A model generated the notes under the pieces. The model ran no database searches. It was not told where the DNA came from and saw nothing but the letters and a program-made list of their open reading frames with translations. Positions 18,583 to 27,624 of a stretch of 57,255 bases of DNA are shown here, one piece after another. The position numbers were made by a program, and so were the translations under genes. Position 1 is the stretch's first letter; the number at the start of each line of letters is the position of its first letter. Source of the stretch: Bacteroidales bacterium (GTDB taxonomy: Bacteria > Bacteroidota > Bacteroidia > Bacteroidales > 4484-276); the NCBI GenBank assembly GCA_012523265.1, contig JAAYIU010000162.1:1-57255 (forward strand), given 5' to 3'.

Positions 18583-19677
18583 TTAGTCGCCAAAGCTGAT
18601 GCCGATACCACGGGCTGTTTTCATCAGGGCGGTTTCGTTATCCACCAGGTTGGGCTGCAGCAAAGCCTCGGCCAGCGACACGCTGGTGATGTAGGGATGC
18701 CGGTAAGATACCATGCGCCCAAACTCTCCGGCGAGAACCATCTCAAAGGCCTTCACGCCAAACTGCGTGGCCAGAACACGGTCGTAAGCTATAGGAATAC
18801 CCCCGCGTTGCAGGTGGCCGAGCACGGTGGTACGGATGCTGTGTTCGCAGCCGGCCTCTTTAAGTTGGTTCATCAGCACGTTGGCAACGCCGCCAAGACG
18901 ACGGTTTTCGTAGCCAATCTCTGCCTGACTAAGTGTGGAGTAGTCGCTGCCTATGGCACGGGCGCCTTCGGAGATCACGATGTTGACAAAACCACGGTCG
19001 CGCATAAAGCGATCGTTCACATGTTTGAGCACTTTATTGATGTCGTACGGAAACTCGGGCAGGATACATATCTCGGCACCGCCGGCAACGGCAGCATTCA
19101 ACGCTATCCATCCGGCATAACGCCCCATCACCTCGAGTATCATCACCCGGTTGTGGCTGGCTGCCGTAGTCACCAGTTTGTCCACTGCCTCGGTGGCAAC
19201 CTGCACAGCCGTTTGAAAACCAAATGTCGAATCGGTGGCAGAGAGGTCATTGTCGATGGTCTTGGGCACTCCAATTATGTTCAGACCCATATCGAACAGT
19301 TGCTGTGAAATGCGCTGCGAGCCATCGCCACCAATATTTATCACGGCTTCTACACCCAGATATTGCAGCTTTCGCAGCATCTCTTCGGAGCGATCCACAG
19401 TAGTCCACGAACCGTCGTTGTTTTTTATAGGCCAGGCAAAGGGGCCGCCTTTGTTGGTGGTTTGCAGAATGGTGCCTCCCCGGTAATGAATACCGGCTAC
19501 TTCCTCCTCGTCGAGAATCACTATCTCAGTAGGCTCACGCAAAACGCCATTGAAAGCCTCGATACTTCCTACAATCTCCCATTGCTTTTCGACGGAAGCG
19601 CGTTTTACAATGGCTCTGATTACCGCATTTAAACCAGGGCAGTCGCCGCCACCGGTCACTATCAAGCATCTTTTCAT
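18583..19677 (-). CDS. pfkA: 6-phosphofructokinase (PfkA family)
   Basis: LIVTGGGDCPGLNAVIRA, INIGGDGSQ, GVPKTIDNDL, MGRYAGWIAL, LGHLQRGG. Confidence 0.9.
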   Translation of the reverse strand: MKRCLIVTGGGDCPGLNAVIRAIVKRASVEKQWEIVGSIEAFNGVLREPTEIVILDEEEVAGIHYRGGTILQTTNKGGPFAWPIKNNDGSWTTVDRSEEMLRKLQYLGVEAVINIGGDGSQRISQQLFDMGLNIIGVPKTIDNDLSATDSTFGFQTAVQVATEAVDKLVTTAASHNRVMILEVMGRYAGWIALNAAVAGGAEICILPEFPYDINKVLKHVNDRFMRDRGFVNIVISEGARAIGSDYSTLSQAEIGYENRRLGGVANVLMNQLKEAGCEHSIRTTVLGHLQRGGIPIAYDRVLATQFGVKAFEMVLAGEFGRMVSYRHPYITSVSLAEALLQPNLVDNETALMKTARGIGISFGD

Positions 19678-20012
19678 TTTAATAATCTAAAGTTTTTTTT
19701 ACAAATAAAAATGCAGGCCTCCTCACCATGAGATACCTCCCGCAACTTATCATCATCTCATGATAACGCCGGCTAATGCTTTTGTGTATCCGCTTTACCG
19801 ATGAGCATCTTACAATTTGCCGCAAAAATAACTAATCCTAAAAACTTAGCCCCATGCCGACATGCCGGATGTGAGCATTAAGAAATTGTAAACTATACAA
19901 ATATTGAAATACAGATAAAAAGGCGTTACTTTGAAAAATCATCAAAAACCGGGGTGCAGATTTGAAACAATACATTTTGGGTTTTGATGAAGCGTTCGCC
20001 CGTCAAAAGTAG

Positions 20013-20020
20013 TAAGTTTG
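20013..20020 (+). promoter_or_regulatory. Candidate -7 promoter box (TAAGTTTG)
   Basis: TAnnTTTG match 62 nt upstream of the 20082 start. Confidence 0.3.
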
Positions 20021-20081
20021 CAGGCTGTTAAAAGCTTTCGAGATATTATTAATATTAAAAACATAAATAAAAAAAGCTGCT

Positions 20082-21386
20082 ATGAATAAAAAAGTAGGCA
20101 TCAGGCATGAGGACAAATATGTAATGGAACGTCGGGTAGCGATCCCGCCCCCGGAGGTCGAAATTCTTACCCGGGCCGGTCTGGAAGTCTTTGTAGAAAG
20201 TTCGCCAAAGCGTGTTTTTAAAGAAGAGGAATTTAAAGCAGCAGGAGCCACAGTAACCGACAACCTCTCGCAGGCGCCGGTAATTTTTGGTGTAAAAGAG
20301 ATGCCGCTGGATTACTTTGAAGAAGGAAAGACCTACGTCTTTTTCTCCCACGTCATTAAGGGGCAAGCCTACAACATGCCTATGTTAAAGCGCATGATGG
20401 AGAAGAAGTGCAACCTGATCGATTACGAAAAAATTACCGATGACAATGGCCGCCGATTGATTTTCTTCGGGTATTATGCCGGTCTTGCCGGGATGATCAA
20501 CTCGCTGTGGTCACTGGGCGAGCGCCTCAGAGTGCAGGGTACCGACAACCGCTTCACGCGGATACAGCAGTCGCACCGCTACAACTCGCTGGCCGAAGCC
20601 GAAAAGGCTGTGAAAGAAGTGGGTGAGATGATACGCAAAGAAGGACTGCTCAAAAAACTGGCGCCTATGGTGATTGGTTTCACAGGCTATGGCAACGTGA
20701 GCAAAGGAGCGCAACACATCGCCAACTTTTTGCCCATCAGGGAAATCACTCCTGCCCAGCTGCTGACGCTCGAAAAGTCGGGTGACTATTCTGACAGATT
20801 GGTTTATAAAGTTGTTTTTAAAGAAGAAGACCTCTCGGCTCCATTGGATGAAAACAAAAAGTTCGACCTGAAGCATTATTACGCCCATCCTGAAGAATAC
20901 CGCAACCAGTTTGAAAAATACGCTCCGCACCTCACCGTGCTGATGAACTGCATGTATTGGGACGACCGCTACCCGCAATTGCTCACCAAAGATTTTATCG
21001 AATCGCTTTACAAACAAGGCAAGATGAAACACAAGGTGATCGGCGATGTGACCTGCGACCCCGATGGCTCGATAGAATTTACCCACAAAGGTACCGAGAT
21101 AGAAGACCCTGTGTTCGTTTACGATCCCCTATCGCGCCAGGCAACGATGGGCTTTGAGGGCGACGGCATCCTGGTGATGGCTGTCGACATCTTGCCCAGC
21201 GAGCTGCCGCGTGAGTCGTCGCTCGGCTTTGGTGAGGCTTTGCGCGAATTTGTACCCGCCATCGTGCGCGCCGACTACAGCATGTCCTTCGACAAGCTCG
21301 ACCTGCCCGCTCCGATAAAAAGGGCGCTCATCCTGCACAACGGAAAGCTTACTCCTGATTACGAATACCTTCAGGAATACCTTTAG
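20082..21386 (+). CDS. Lysine-ketoglutarate reductase (saccharopine dehydrogenase, L-lysine-forming); stand-alone homologue of the LKR domain of eukaryotic AASS
   Basis: IRHEDKYVMERRVAIPP, KTYVFFSHVIKGQAYNMPML, NLIDYEKITDDNGRRLIFFGYYAGLAGMIN, FTGYGNVSKGAQHI, CDPDGSIEFTHKGT and ILHNGKLTPDYEYLQEYL align along the whole length with the human AASS N-terminal domain as I remember it. Confidence 0.8.
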   Translation: MNKKVGIRHEDKYVMERRVAIPPPEVEILTRAGLEVFVESSPKRVFKEEEFKAAGATVTDNLSQAPVIFGVKEMPLDYFEEGKTYVFFSHVIKGQAYNMPMLKRMMEKKCNLIDYEKITDDNGRRLIFFGYYAGLAGMINSLWSLGERLRVQGTDNRFTRIQQSHRYNSLAEAEKAVKEVGEMIRKEGLLKKLAPMVIGFTGYGNVSKGAQHIANFLPIREITPAQLLTLEKSGDYSDRLVYKVVFKEEDLSAPLDENKKFDLKHYYAHPEEYRNQFEKYAPHLTVLMNCMYWDDRYPQLLTKDFIESLYKQGKMKHKVIGDVTCDPDGSIEFTHKGTEIEDPVFVYDPLSRQATMGFEGDGILVMAVDILPSELPRESSLGFGEALREFVPAIVRADYSMSFDKLDLPAPIKRALILHNGKLTPDYEYLQEYL

Positions 21387-21477
21387 CCACTGCAAATTTT
21401 ACAAGCCGGGACGGCTGCTATCCGGCAGCATCCCGGCAAATTCATTCATAAATCTTATCCATAAAATTTCCGTAGAA

Positions 21478-22821
21478 ATGAAAAATATTTTGATGATCGG
21501 CGCCGGACTTTCTGCGTCTACATTGATCAAGTATCTGCTCGACCATGCCGAAGAACACGACTGGCACATCACCCTTGGCGACAAAGAGTGCGCGGCTGCC
21601 GAGCGCAAAATCAACAACCATCCGCGCGGCAAAGCCATCTTTTTCGATGCCAACGACCGCGCCCAGAGCTGGGATGAAATAAGCCGTGCTGACCTGGTAG
21701 TTTCGATGCTGCCGGCCTTCATGCACAGCCTTCTGGCTACCGATTGCGTAAAGCAAGGCAAACCCATGGTCACGGCATCCTATGTCTCTGAAGAGATCAG
21801 AGCACTCGATGCCGCAGCTAAAGAGGCGGGCGTTTTGCTGCTCAACGAAATCGGTGTCGATCCTGGCATCGACCACATGTCGGCCATGCACGTACTTGAC
21901 AAACTGAGAGATCAGGGAGCCGAGATGACGGAGTTTCGCTCTTATTGCGGCGGACTGGTGGCGCCACTTTTTGACAACAATCCGTGGAACTACAAATTTA
22001 CCTGGGCACCGCGCAACGTAGTCCTGGCCGGACAAGGCATGGCACAGGCTATCGTCGACGGCACCTATCAATACATCCCTTACCACCAGCTCTTCCGCCG
22101 CACGCGCCGCGTGGAAGTGCTTAACTATGGCGAGTTTGAAGCCTACCTCAACCGCGATTCAGTGAAATACCGCAACGTGTATGGCCTCGACGACATTCCT
22201 ACCATGGTGCGTGGAACTTTGCGCCGCCCCGGCTATTCGCAAACCTGGGACATCTTTGTGCAACTTGGCCTGACCGATGACACCGTTACCATCGAAAATT
22301 CAGAAAACATGACCTACCTGGACTTTCTGAATGCCTTCATCGAACCCGACCCCTGCTGCACACCCGAAGAAAACCTCGCCTTTTATACCGGCCTGAACAT
22401 CGATTCGATGGAGATGTACCGCCTGCGGTGGCTCGGCATTTTTGACAACAAAAAGAAAATTGGCCTGAAAAAAGCCACCCCTGCGCAGATATTGCAAAAA
22501 CTCCTTGCCGAAAAATGGGCATTTCTTCCTAACGATCGCGACATGATCGTGATGCAACACCAGTTTGGCTACAAGCTGAAAGGGGAGCAACGACACATGA
22601 TCTCCTCGATGATAGTGGAAGGCGACGACCATGTGCATACCGCTATGGCAAAAACCGTCGGGCTTCCGCTGGCCATTGCCGTAAAACTGATACTTACCGG
22701 CAAACTTAAACTCAGCGGCGTTCATATCCCTATAACAAAAGATATCTACGCACCCATCCTCAAAGAACTCGAGGAGCACGGCATCTGCTTCATCGAAGAG
22801 GAAGTGCCGGTTGAAAAATAA
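21478..22821 (+). CDS. Saccharopine dehydrogenase (L-glutamate-forming), homologue of the AASS SDH domain
   Basis: MKNILMIGAGLSAS (Rossmann), MVTASYVSEEIRALD, NEIGVDPGIDHMSAM, YCGGLVAP, NPWNYKFTWAPR, LRGTLRRPGY, DMIVMQHQFGY, AMAKTVGLPLAIA. Confidence 0.85.
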   Translation: MKNILMIGAGLSASTLIKYLLDHAEEHDWHITLGDKECAAAERKINNHPRGKAIFFDANDRAQSWDEISRADLVVSMLPAFMHSLLATDCVKQGKPMVTASYVSEEIRALDAAAKEAGVLLLNEIGVDPGIDHMSAMHVLDKLRDQGAEMTEFRSYCGGLVAPLFDNNPWNYKFTWAPRNVVLAGQGMAQAIVDGTYQYIPYHQLFRRTRRVEVLNYGEFEAYLNRDSVKYRNVYGLDDIPTMVRGTLRRPGYSQTWDIFVQLGLTDDTVTIENSENMTYLDFLNAFIEPDPCCTPEENLAFYTGLNIDSMEMYRLRWLGIFDNKKKIGLKKATPAQILQKLLAEKWAFLPNDRDMIVMQHQFGYKLKGEQRHMISSMIVEGDDHVHTAMAKTVGLPLAIAVKLILTGKLKLSGVHIPITKDIYAPILKELEEHGICFIEEEVPVEK

Positions 22822-23064
22822 TGGGTGTCTTAAAAAAACAACAGACGAATAGTTGTTTGCTGTCTGGCAAATTTTAAAAGTCATTAAAAGCAACCTTCTG
22901 GCAGTCGGTGTAAAATCCCAAATAAATTTCAATATTAGAAATTCGATGACTAAAACCATCACGAGTTTTTGAGATTTTTTTGGGGTTTTTTTCATCATTC
23001 GATGAATCAAATTGCTTGGTTGGGAGGCGGGGATTTTATTCATCGTTTCCCTGCGCTGTTTTTG

Positions 23065-23072
23065 TATTTTTG
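23065..23072 (+). promoter_or_regulatory. Candidate -7 promoter box (TATTTTTG)
   Basis: TAnnTTTG match 21 nt upstream of the 23093 start. Confidence 0.3.
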
Positions 23073-23092
23073 CCGATATTTTTATAAAAGTT

Positions 23093-24346
23093 ATGAAAGA
23101 GAATTTTAATGTAAATATCAACAGCGAGGTAGGCGATCTGGAGGCTGTCATCATCCACACTGTGGGTCGCGAGGTGGAGAACATGACTCCCGAAAATGCC
23201 GAACGCGCCTTGTACAGCGACATCCTGAACTTGTCGGTGGCGCGGCAGGAATACATCCAGCTAAGCGGGGTGCTTAGCAAAATCTGTAAGGTTTTTGAAG
23301 TGGAAGATTTGCTTGCTTCCGTCCTGAGCAACGATCAGGTTAAGAGTGACTTGTTGTCGAAAGCTTGTCCCAACTGCAGCGATCACCGCGTGTTGACGTT
23401 CCTCGACTCGCTCTCGCCCAAGGCGCTGGCGCAGCAACTCATCGAGGGCGTTGAAGTGCGCCGCGACAGTCTTTCGCGCTATCTAAGCCCCCAGCGATTT
23501 GTTGTAAGGCCTTTGCATAACTTCTTCTTCACCCGCGACGCCTCGGTATCGATAGGAAACCAGGTGCTCATCTCGAGCATGGCCAGCTCTGTGCGCGAAC
23601 GTGAGCCGCAAATCATGGAGGCGATTTTTGATTACTATCCCGATTTTAATACCAAAACCTTTTCCGCTGCCAAAGGCGGCAGCAAACACAAGACGCTAAG
23701 CATCGAAGGCGGCGACGTGCTCATAGCGCGCGAAGACGTGACCCTGATAGGAATAGGCGCGCGTACTACACCCGAAGGGGTGGACGTGATCATTGAGAAA
23801 ATGAAAGAGAAAGAGAGCGTGCATCACATCATCGTTCAGGAACTTCCCGGCGAAGGAGAGTCGTTTATCCACCTCGACATGGTATTTACGTTTCTGAGCC
23901 AAAACGAATGTATGGTGTATGAGCCTGTGGTGATGCAGCCAAATCGTTATAAAACCATTTACATCAGGATCGACAAACGTAAGGTGACCATCCGCGAAGA
24001 GAAAAACATTCTCGAATGCCTCTCCCGGCTGGGCATCGACATGCGGCCTATCTCTTGCGGCGGCACTGCCGACCAATGGACACAGGAGCGTGAGCAATGG
24101 CACAGCGGTGCCAACTTTTTTGCAATGGCTCCCGGAAAAGTCATCGGATACAACCGCAACGAAGCTACCGTGGAAGAACTCAACAAACATAATTATAAGG
24201 TAATCACAGCCGAAGACGTGATCACTGGGAAAATCGACCTGAAGGACCACAAAAAATATGTCGTCACCATCGACGGCTCCGAGCTTTCGCGCGGCGGCGG
24301 CGGCGCACGCTGTATGACCATGCCGGTGAGGCGCAAGGAAATTTAA
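23093..24346 (+). CDS. Arginine deiminase-family (guanidino-group modifying, amidinotransferase fold) enzyme
   Basis: Start at MKENFNVNINSEVGDLEAVIIH. Motifs FFTRDASVSIG, SIEGGDVLI, IHLDMVFT and the C-terminal SRGGGGARCMTMPVRR carrying the catalytic Cys. Confidence 0.75.
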   Translation: MKENFNVNINSEVGDLEAVIIHTVGREVENMTPENAERALYSDILNLSVARQEYIQLSGVLSKICKVFEVEDLLASVLSNDQVKSDLLSKACPNCSDHRVLTFLDSLSPKALAQQLIEGVEVRRDSLSRYLSPQRFVVRPLHNFFFTRDASVSIGNQVLISSMASSVREREPQIMEAIFDYYPDFNTKTFSAAKGGSKHKTLSIEGGDVLIAREDVTLIGIGARTTPEGVDVIIEKMKEKESVHHIIVQELPGEGESFIHLDMVFTFLSQNECMVYEPVVMQPNRYKTIYIRIDKRKVTIREEKNILECLSRLGIDMRPISCGGTADQWTQEREQWHSGANFFAMAPGKVIGYNRNEATVEELNKHNYKVITAEDVITGKIDLKDHKKYVVTIDGSELSRGGGGARCMTMPVRRKEI

Positions 24347-24396
24347 AACAAGCTGAAAATCTTGTCAATTCGCCAACTATAAGCCCAATTAATTGT

Positions 24397-24693
24397 TTGA
24401 TAACCATGATGCTGCCACTGCGAAAAGAGCTGTTCTGGGATATCGATTTCGACAAAATCGACCTGACAAAACACCGGCGAATAATTATCGAGCGGGTTTT
24501 GACGCTGGGCAATTGGGATGAATTTCGGTATCTTCTAAAAACCTATGATGAGCAAACTTTGGTAAACGAAATAAAACAGATTGGCTATCTCGATCCTAAA
24601 ACACTCAATTTTGTGGTAAACTTCTTCCCGATCAAAAAAACACAACTCAGATGCTACACACGGAAACAGTCGATGGAGCAACACTGGAACTAA
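24397..24693 (+). CDS. Small conserved protein, putative antitoxin partner of the downstream AbiEii-type nucleotidyltransferase (DUF6922-like, assignment from memory)
   Basis: 98-aa ORF (LFWDIDFDKIDLTKHRRIIIERVLTLGNWDEF..CYTRKQSMEQHWN). It overlaps the next ORF by 43 nt. Confidence 0.5.
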   Translation: MITMMLPLRKELFWDIDFDKIDLTKHRRIIIERVLTLGNWDEFRYLLKTYDEQTLVNEIKQIGYLDPKTLNFVVNFFPIKKTQLRCYTRKQSMEQHWN

Positions 24694-25268
24694 TCAGGCA
24701 ACTGCAGGCTGACCCGGTTTTGGAAGGCTTTGTGCTGGTTGGCGGAACAGCCTTATCACTGCAAATTGGCCATCGCATCTCCATCGATATCTACTTTTTC
24801 ACACGCAACGATTTTGACGCGCAGCAACTTCTCCAACATTTGGAACAGAAGTATCAGTTTCGGGAGCAATACCGTCACATTAACACCTTAAAAGGAATCG
24901 TCAATGGTGTGTTTGTGGATTTTATCACGCACAACTACCACATGATTAAACCTAATGAGCACATTGAAAAAATTACAATGGCCTCCAGACCCGACATTGC
25001 AGCAATGAAAGTGAATGCCATTGCCGGCAATGGAACCAGGGTTAAAGACTTCGTCGATATTTACTTCCTCTTGAAGGAATTCAGCTTTTCGGAAATAATC
25101 TCTTTTTACAAACTAAAATACAATGGCAGAAACGATTTTCATGCAATCAAAAGCCTGACCTATTTTGATGATGTTAATGAAGCTGAATGGCCACGTATGG
25201 TTCTTGAAAAAGATTTGACTCTAAAAAAATTAAAAGAGACGCTCATCAGTAAAATGTCACTTCTCTAA
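24651..25268 (+). CDS. Nucleotidyltransferase AbiEii/AbiGii (DUF1814) toxin-family protein
   Basis: FVLVGGTALSLQIGHRISIDIYFF is the NTase G-G..S-x-D-x-[D] region. The ~200-aa size and the KDFVDIYFLL segment fit the short Bacteroidota AbiEii-like proteins. Confidence 0.65.
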   Translation: MLHTETVDGATLELIRQLQADPVLEGFVLVGGTALSLQIGHRISIDIYFFTRNDFDAQQLLQHLEQKYQFREQYRHINTLKGIVNGVFVDFITHNYHMIKPNEHIEKITMASRPDIAAMKVNAIAGNGTRVKDFVDIYFLLKEFSFSEIISFYKLKYNGRNDFHAIKSLTYFDDVNEAEWPRMVLEKDLTLKKLKETLISKMSLL

Positions 25269-25558
25269 ATCTTAAATTTCTTTTTGGTTATAATTTGGGT
25301 GGCCGGGTGGGCTTTCCGCTACCCCCGGAAAAGACAAACACCGGGACGTTTAGAGCTTTTAACATAACACTATCTAACAAGTTTCACCCACGATGATGCA
25401 GTAAAATTAACACTTGCATCCGGTGCTTTGCAGCACACCCGGCACTTTGCGCCTTGCGCCCAGCGCCCGGCGATCTACTTTATTTATTGCCATCAATCAA
25501 AACCTGTCACCATATAAATATTTCCCGTCAGTGGTGTTTGCCGAGGCGAAAAGTGGCT

Positions 25559-25566
25559 TAGCTTTG
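25559..25566 (+). promoter_or_regulatory. Candidate -7 promoter box (TAGCTTTG)
   Basis: TAnnTTTG match ~30 nt upstream of the 25595/25601 start. Confidence 0.3.
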
Positions 25567-25594
25567 CACGCTGTTATCACTCACTAAAAAACTT

Positions 25595-27406
25595 TTGGTA
25601 ATGAACATAATCGAGAAAATATTGGCCAGCCATTCAGGACAAAAATCTGTAGAGCCTGGCCAGATCGTCGACGTAACGATCGACTGCCGCGTGGCACGCG
25701 ACTTTGGGGGAGCCAACGTGGTGAAAAACCTCATCGACAACGGGCTAACCATTGACGATCCTAAACGCACCTTTTTCACTTTCGACTGCAACCCGGGCGG
25801 CTCCGATCAAAAGTACGCTGCCAACCAGCACTTCTGCCGGCAATATGCCCGCGAAAACGACATTCAAATCTACGATGTCGATGCCGGCATCGGCACCCAC
25901 CTGGCCATCGACCGTGGATTGATTCTCCCCGGCGGTACTTTTGTTTCTACTGATTCGCACGCCAACATCATGGGTGCTATCGGAGCTTTTGGCCAGGGCA
26001 TGGGCGACCAGGATATCGCAGCAGTATGGGCCAGTGGGTCGGCCTGGTTTAAAGTGCCTAAATCCGTTAAGTTGGTTTTCAAGGGCGAACGTCCTGAAAA
26101 TCTCTCTGCCAAAGATATTGCGCTGAACATGCTCAACCTTTTCGGCGCCAACAAACTGCTGGGATATTCGGTTGAGTTTTATGGTGACGCCATCAAAAAA
26201 CTCACACTTGCCGAGCGCATCACCATCTCCTCCATGGGAACCGAAATGGGCGCCATCATTCTGCTTTTCCCGCCTACCGATAAAATTATTGGCGACCTGG
26301 AGCAGTTGCATGGTAAAAAAGTCACCTCCATTTACGCCGATGATGATGCTGTGTACGATAAGGTGATCAGCATCAACATCAGCAAATTCAAAACGATGGT
26401 GGCCAAGCCAGGACATCCACACGACAACATCGACATCGAAGAGGTGAAAAAAGTAAAGATCGATTCGGCATTTATCGGCTCGTGTACCAACGGGCGTATT
26501 GAAGATATGGCCGCAGCCGCAAACATTCTCAAAGGGCGCCGCGTGGCTCCCGGCGTGGTGCTCAAAATCGTCCCTTCCACCGACCAGGTGTGGCAGCAAT
26601 CGCTGGAGCTGGGTTACATCAAGACTTTTAAAGATGCCGGAGCGCTGGTCTCCAACGCAGGATGCGCAGGCTGTGCCGCCGGACAGGTAGGGCAAAACGG
26701 CCCCAATGAAATAACCGTGAGCACCGGCAACCGCAACTTTGCCGGCAAGCAAGGCAAAGGATTCGTGTATCTTACCTCCCCCGAAGTGGTGGCGGCTTCG
26801 GCTGTTGCAGGATATATTACCACCGCAAATGACATTCCCGAAGAGCCGGCAACTTTCGAAAAAACCGGTAAGACCATCCAGGGCACTGTCAAAGAAAAAT
26901 CCGACAAAAAACAGCCCACAACAGTCGAAGGCCGCATTTGGATCATCCAAAAAGACGACATCGACACCGACATGATCTTCCACAACCGCTATCTCACCAT
27001 CACCGACCTGAAAGAGATGGGACAGTACACTTTTGACAACCTGCAGGGATACGAAGATTTTGCACGCAAAGCCAAACCCGGCGACATAATCGTTACCGGT
27101 AAAAACTTTGGCGCCGGAAGCTCGCGTCAGCAGGCAGTAGATTGTTTTAAGTCGCTGGGCGTCTCGGCGATATTGGCCGAATCGTTTGGCGCCATCTACG
27201 AGCGCAACGCCATCAACGCTGCCTTCCCTATCCTTACCTACGATCCGGCCGTTATCAGCGAGCTGGAATTGCAGTCAGGCTCAGTGATAAAACTGGATTT
27301 TACTACCGGGAAAATCACCAACACACAAAACGGTAAAACTGCCACCATCACACCCTTCTCCGAAGTACAAGCCGACATCTTCAAACGCGGCGGGCTGCTC
27401 GGGTAA
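25595..27406 (+). CDS. Aconitase-family dehydratase with fused large (LeuC/HacA-like) and small (LeuD/HacB-like) subunit domains
   Basis: MNIIEKILASH..VARDFGG, STDSHANIMGAIGAFGQGMG, IGSCTNGRIEDM, GCAGCAAGQVG, NRNFAGKQG. A linker follows, then a swivel domain with IDTDMIFHNRYL, GKNFGAGSSRQQAVDC and AESFGAIYERNAIN. Confidence 0.8.
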   Translation: MVMNIIEKILASHSGQKSVEPGQIVDVTIDCRVARDFGGANVVKNLIDNGLTIDDPKRTFFTFDCNPGGSDQKYAANQHFCRQYARENDIQIYDVDAGIGTHLAIDRGLILPGGTFVSTDSHANIMGAIGAFGQGMGDQDIAAVWASGSAWFKVPKSVKLVFKGERPENLSAKDIALNMLNLFGANKLLGYSVEFYGDAIKKLTLAERITISSMGTEMGAIILLFPPTDKIIGDLEQLHGKKVTSIYADDDAVYDKVISINISKFKTMVAKPGHPHDNIDIEEVKKVKIDSAFIGSCTNGRIEDMAAAANILKGRRVAPGVVLKIVPSTDQVWQQSLELGYIKTFKDAGALVSNAGCAGCAAGQVGQNGPNEITVSTGNRNFAGKQGKGFVYLTSPEVVAASAVAGYITTANDIPEEPATFEKTGKTIQGTVKEKSDKKQPTTVEGRIWIIQKDDIDTDMIFHNRYLTITDLKEMGQYTFDNLQGYEDFARKAKPGDIIVTGKNFGAGSSRQQAVDCFKSLGVSAILAESFGAIYERNAINAAFPILTYDPAVISELELQSGSVIKLDFTTGKITNTQNGKTATITPFSEVQADIFKRGGLLG

Positions 27407-27593
27407 AGGGTGCCTGTGGTGAAGGCAAAAGAACAAACCAGTAAAGTAGAGCGAAAGGACAGGCGAAATTGCTTATCCTTTCGCTCTTCGCTTTTGCCGC
27501 TGCGGTGAAAAGAAATGCTGGGCGCGGGGAGCGGGGAGCAGGGAGCGGAACGCTTTCTCTGTGGCTCCTTACCTCATTGCTAAAACAAAAAAC

Positions 27594-27601
27594 TAATTTT
27601 G
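27594..27601 (+). promoter_or_regulatory. Candidate -7 promoter box (TAATTTTG)
   Basis: TAnnTTTG match 24 nt upstream of the 27625 start. Confidence 0.3.
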
Positions 27602-27624
27602 CCGCCACACCAAAGCAATAGCAC

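Noticed and set aside
23012-23092. Upstream start of the arginine deiminase-like ORF
   Set aside because: The 27 extra residues are hydrophobic junk that covers the predicted promoter box. MKENFNVNINSEVG matches the usual family N-terminus.
25745-26983. 412-aa minus-strand ORF
   Set aside because: It is antisense to the aconitase-family gene and has no motifs. Long antisense ORFs are common in this GC range.
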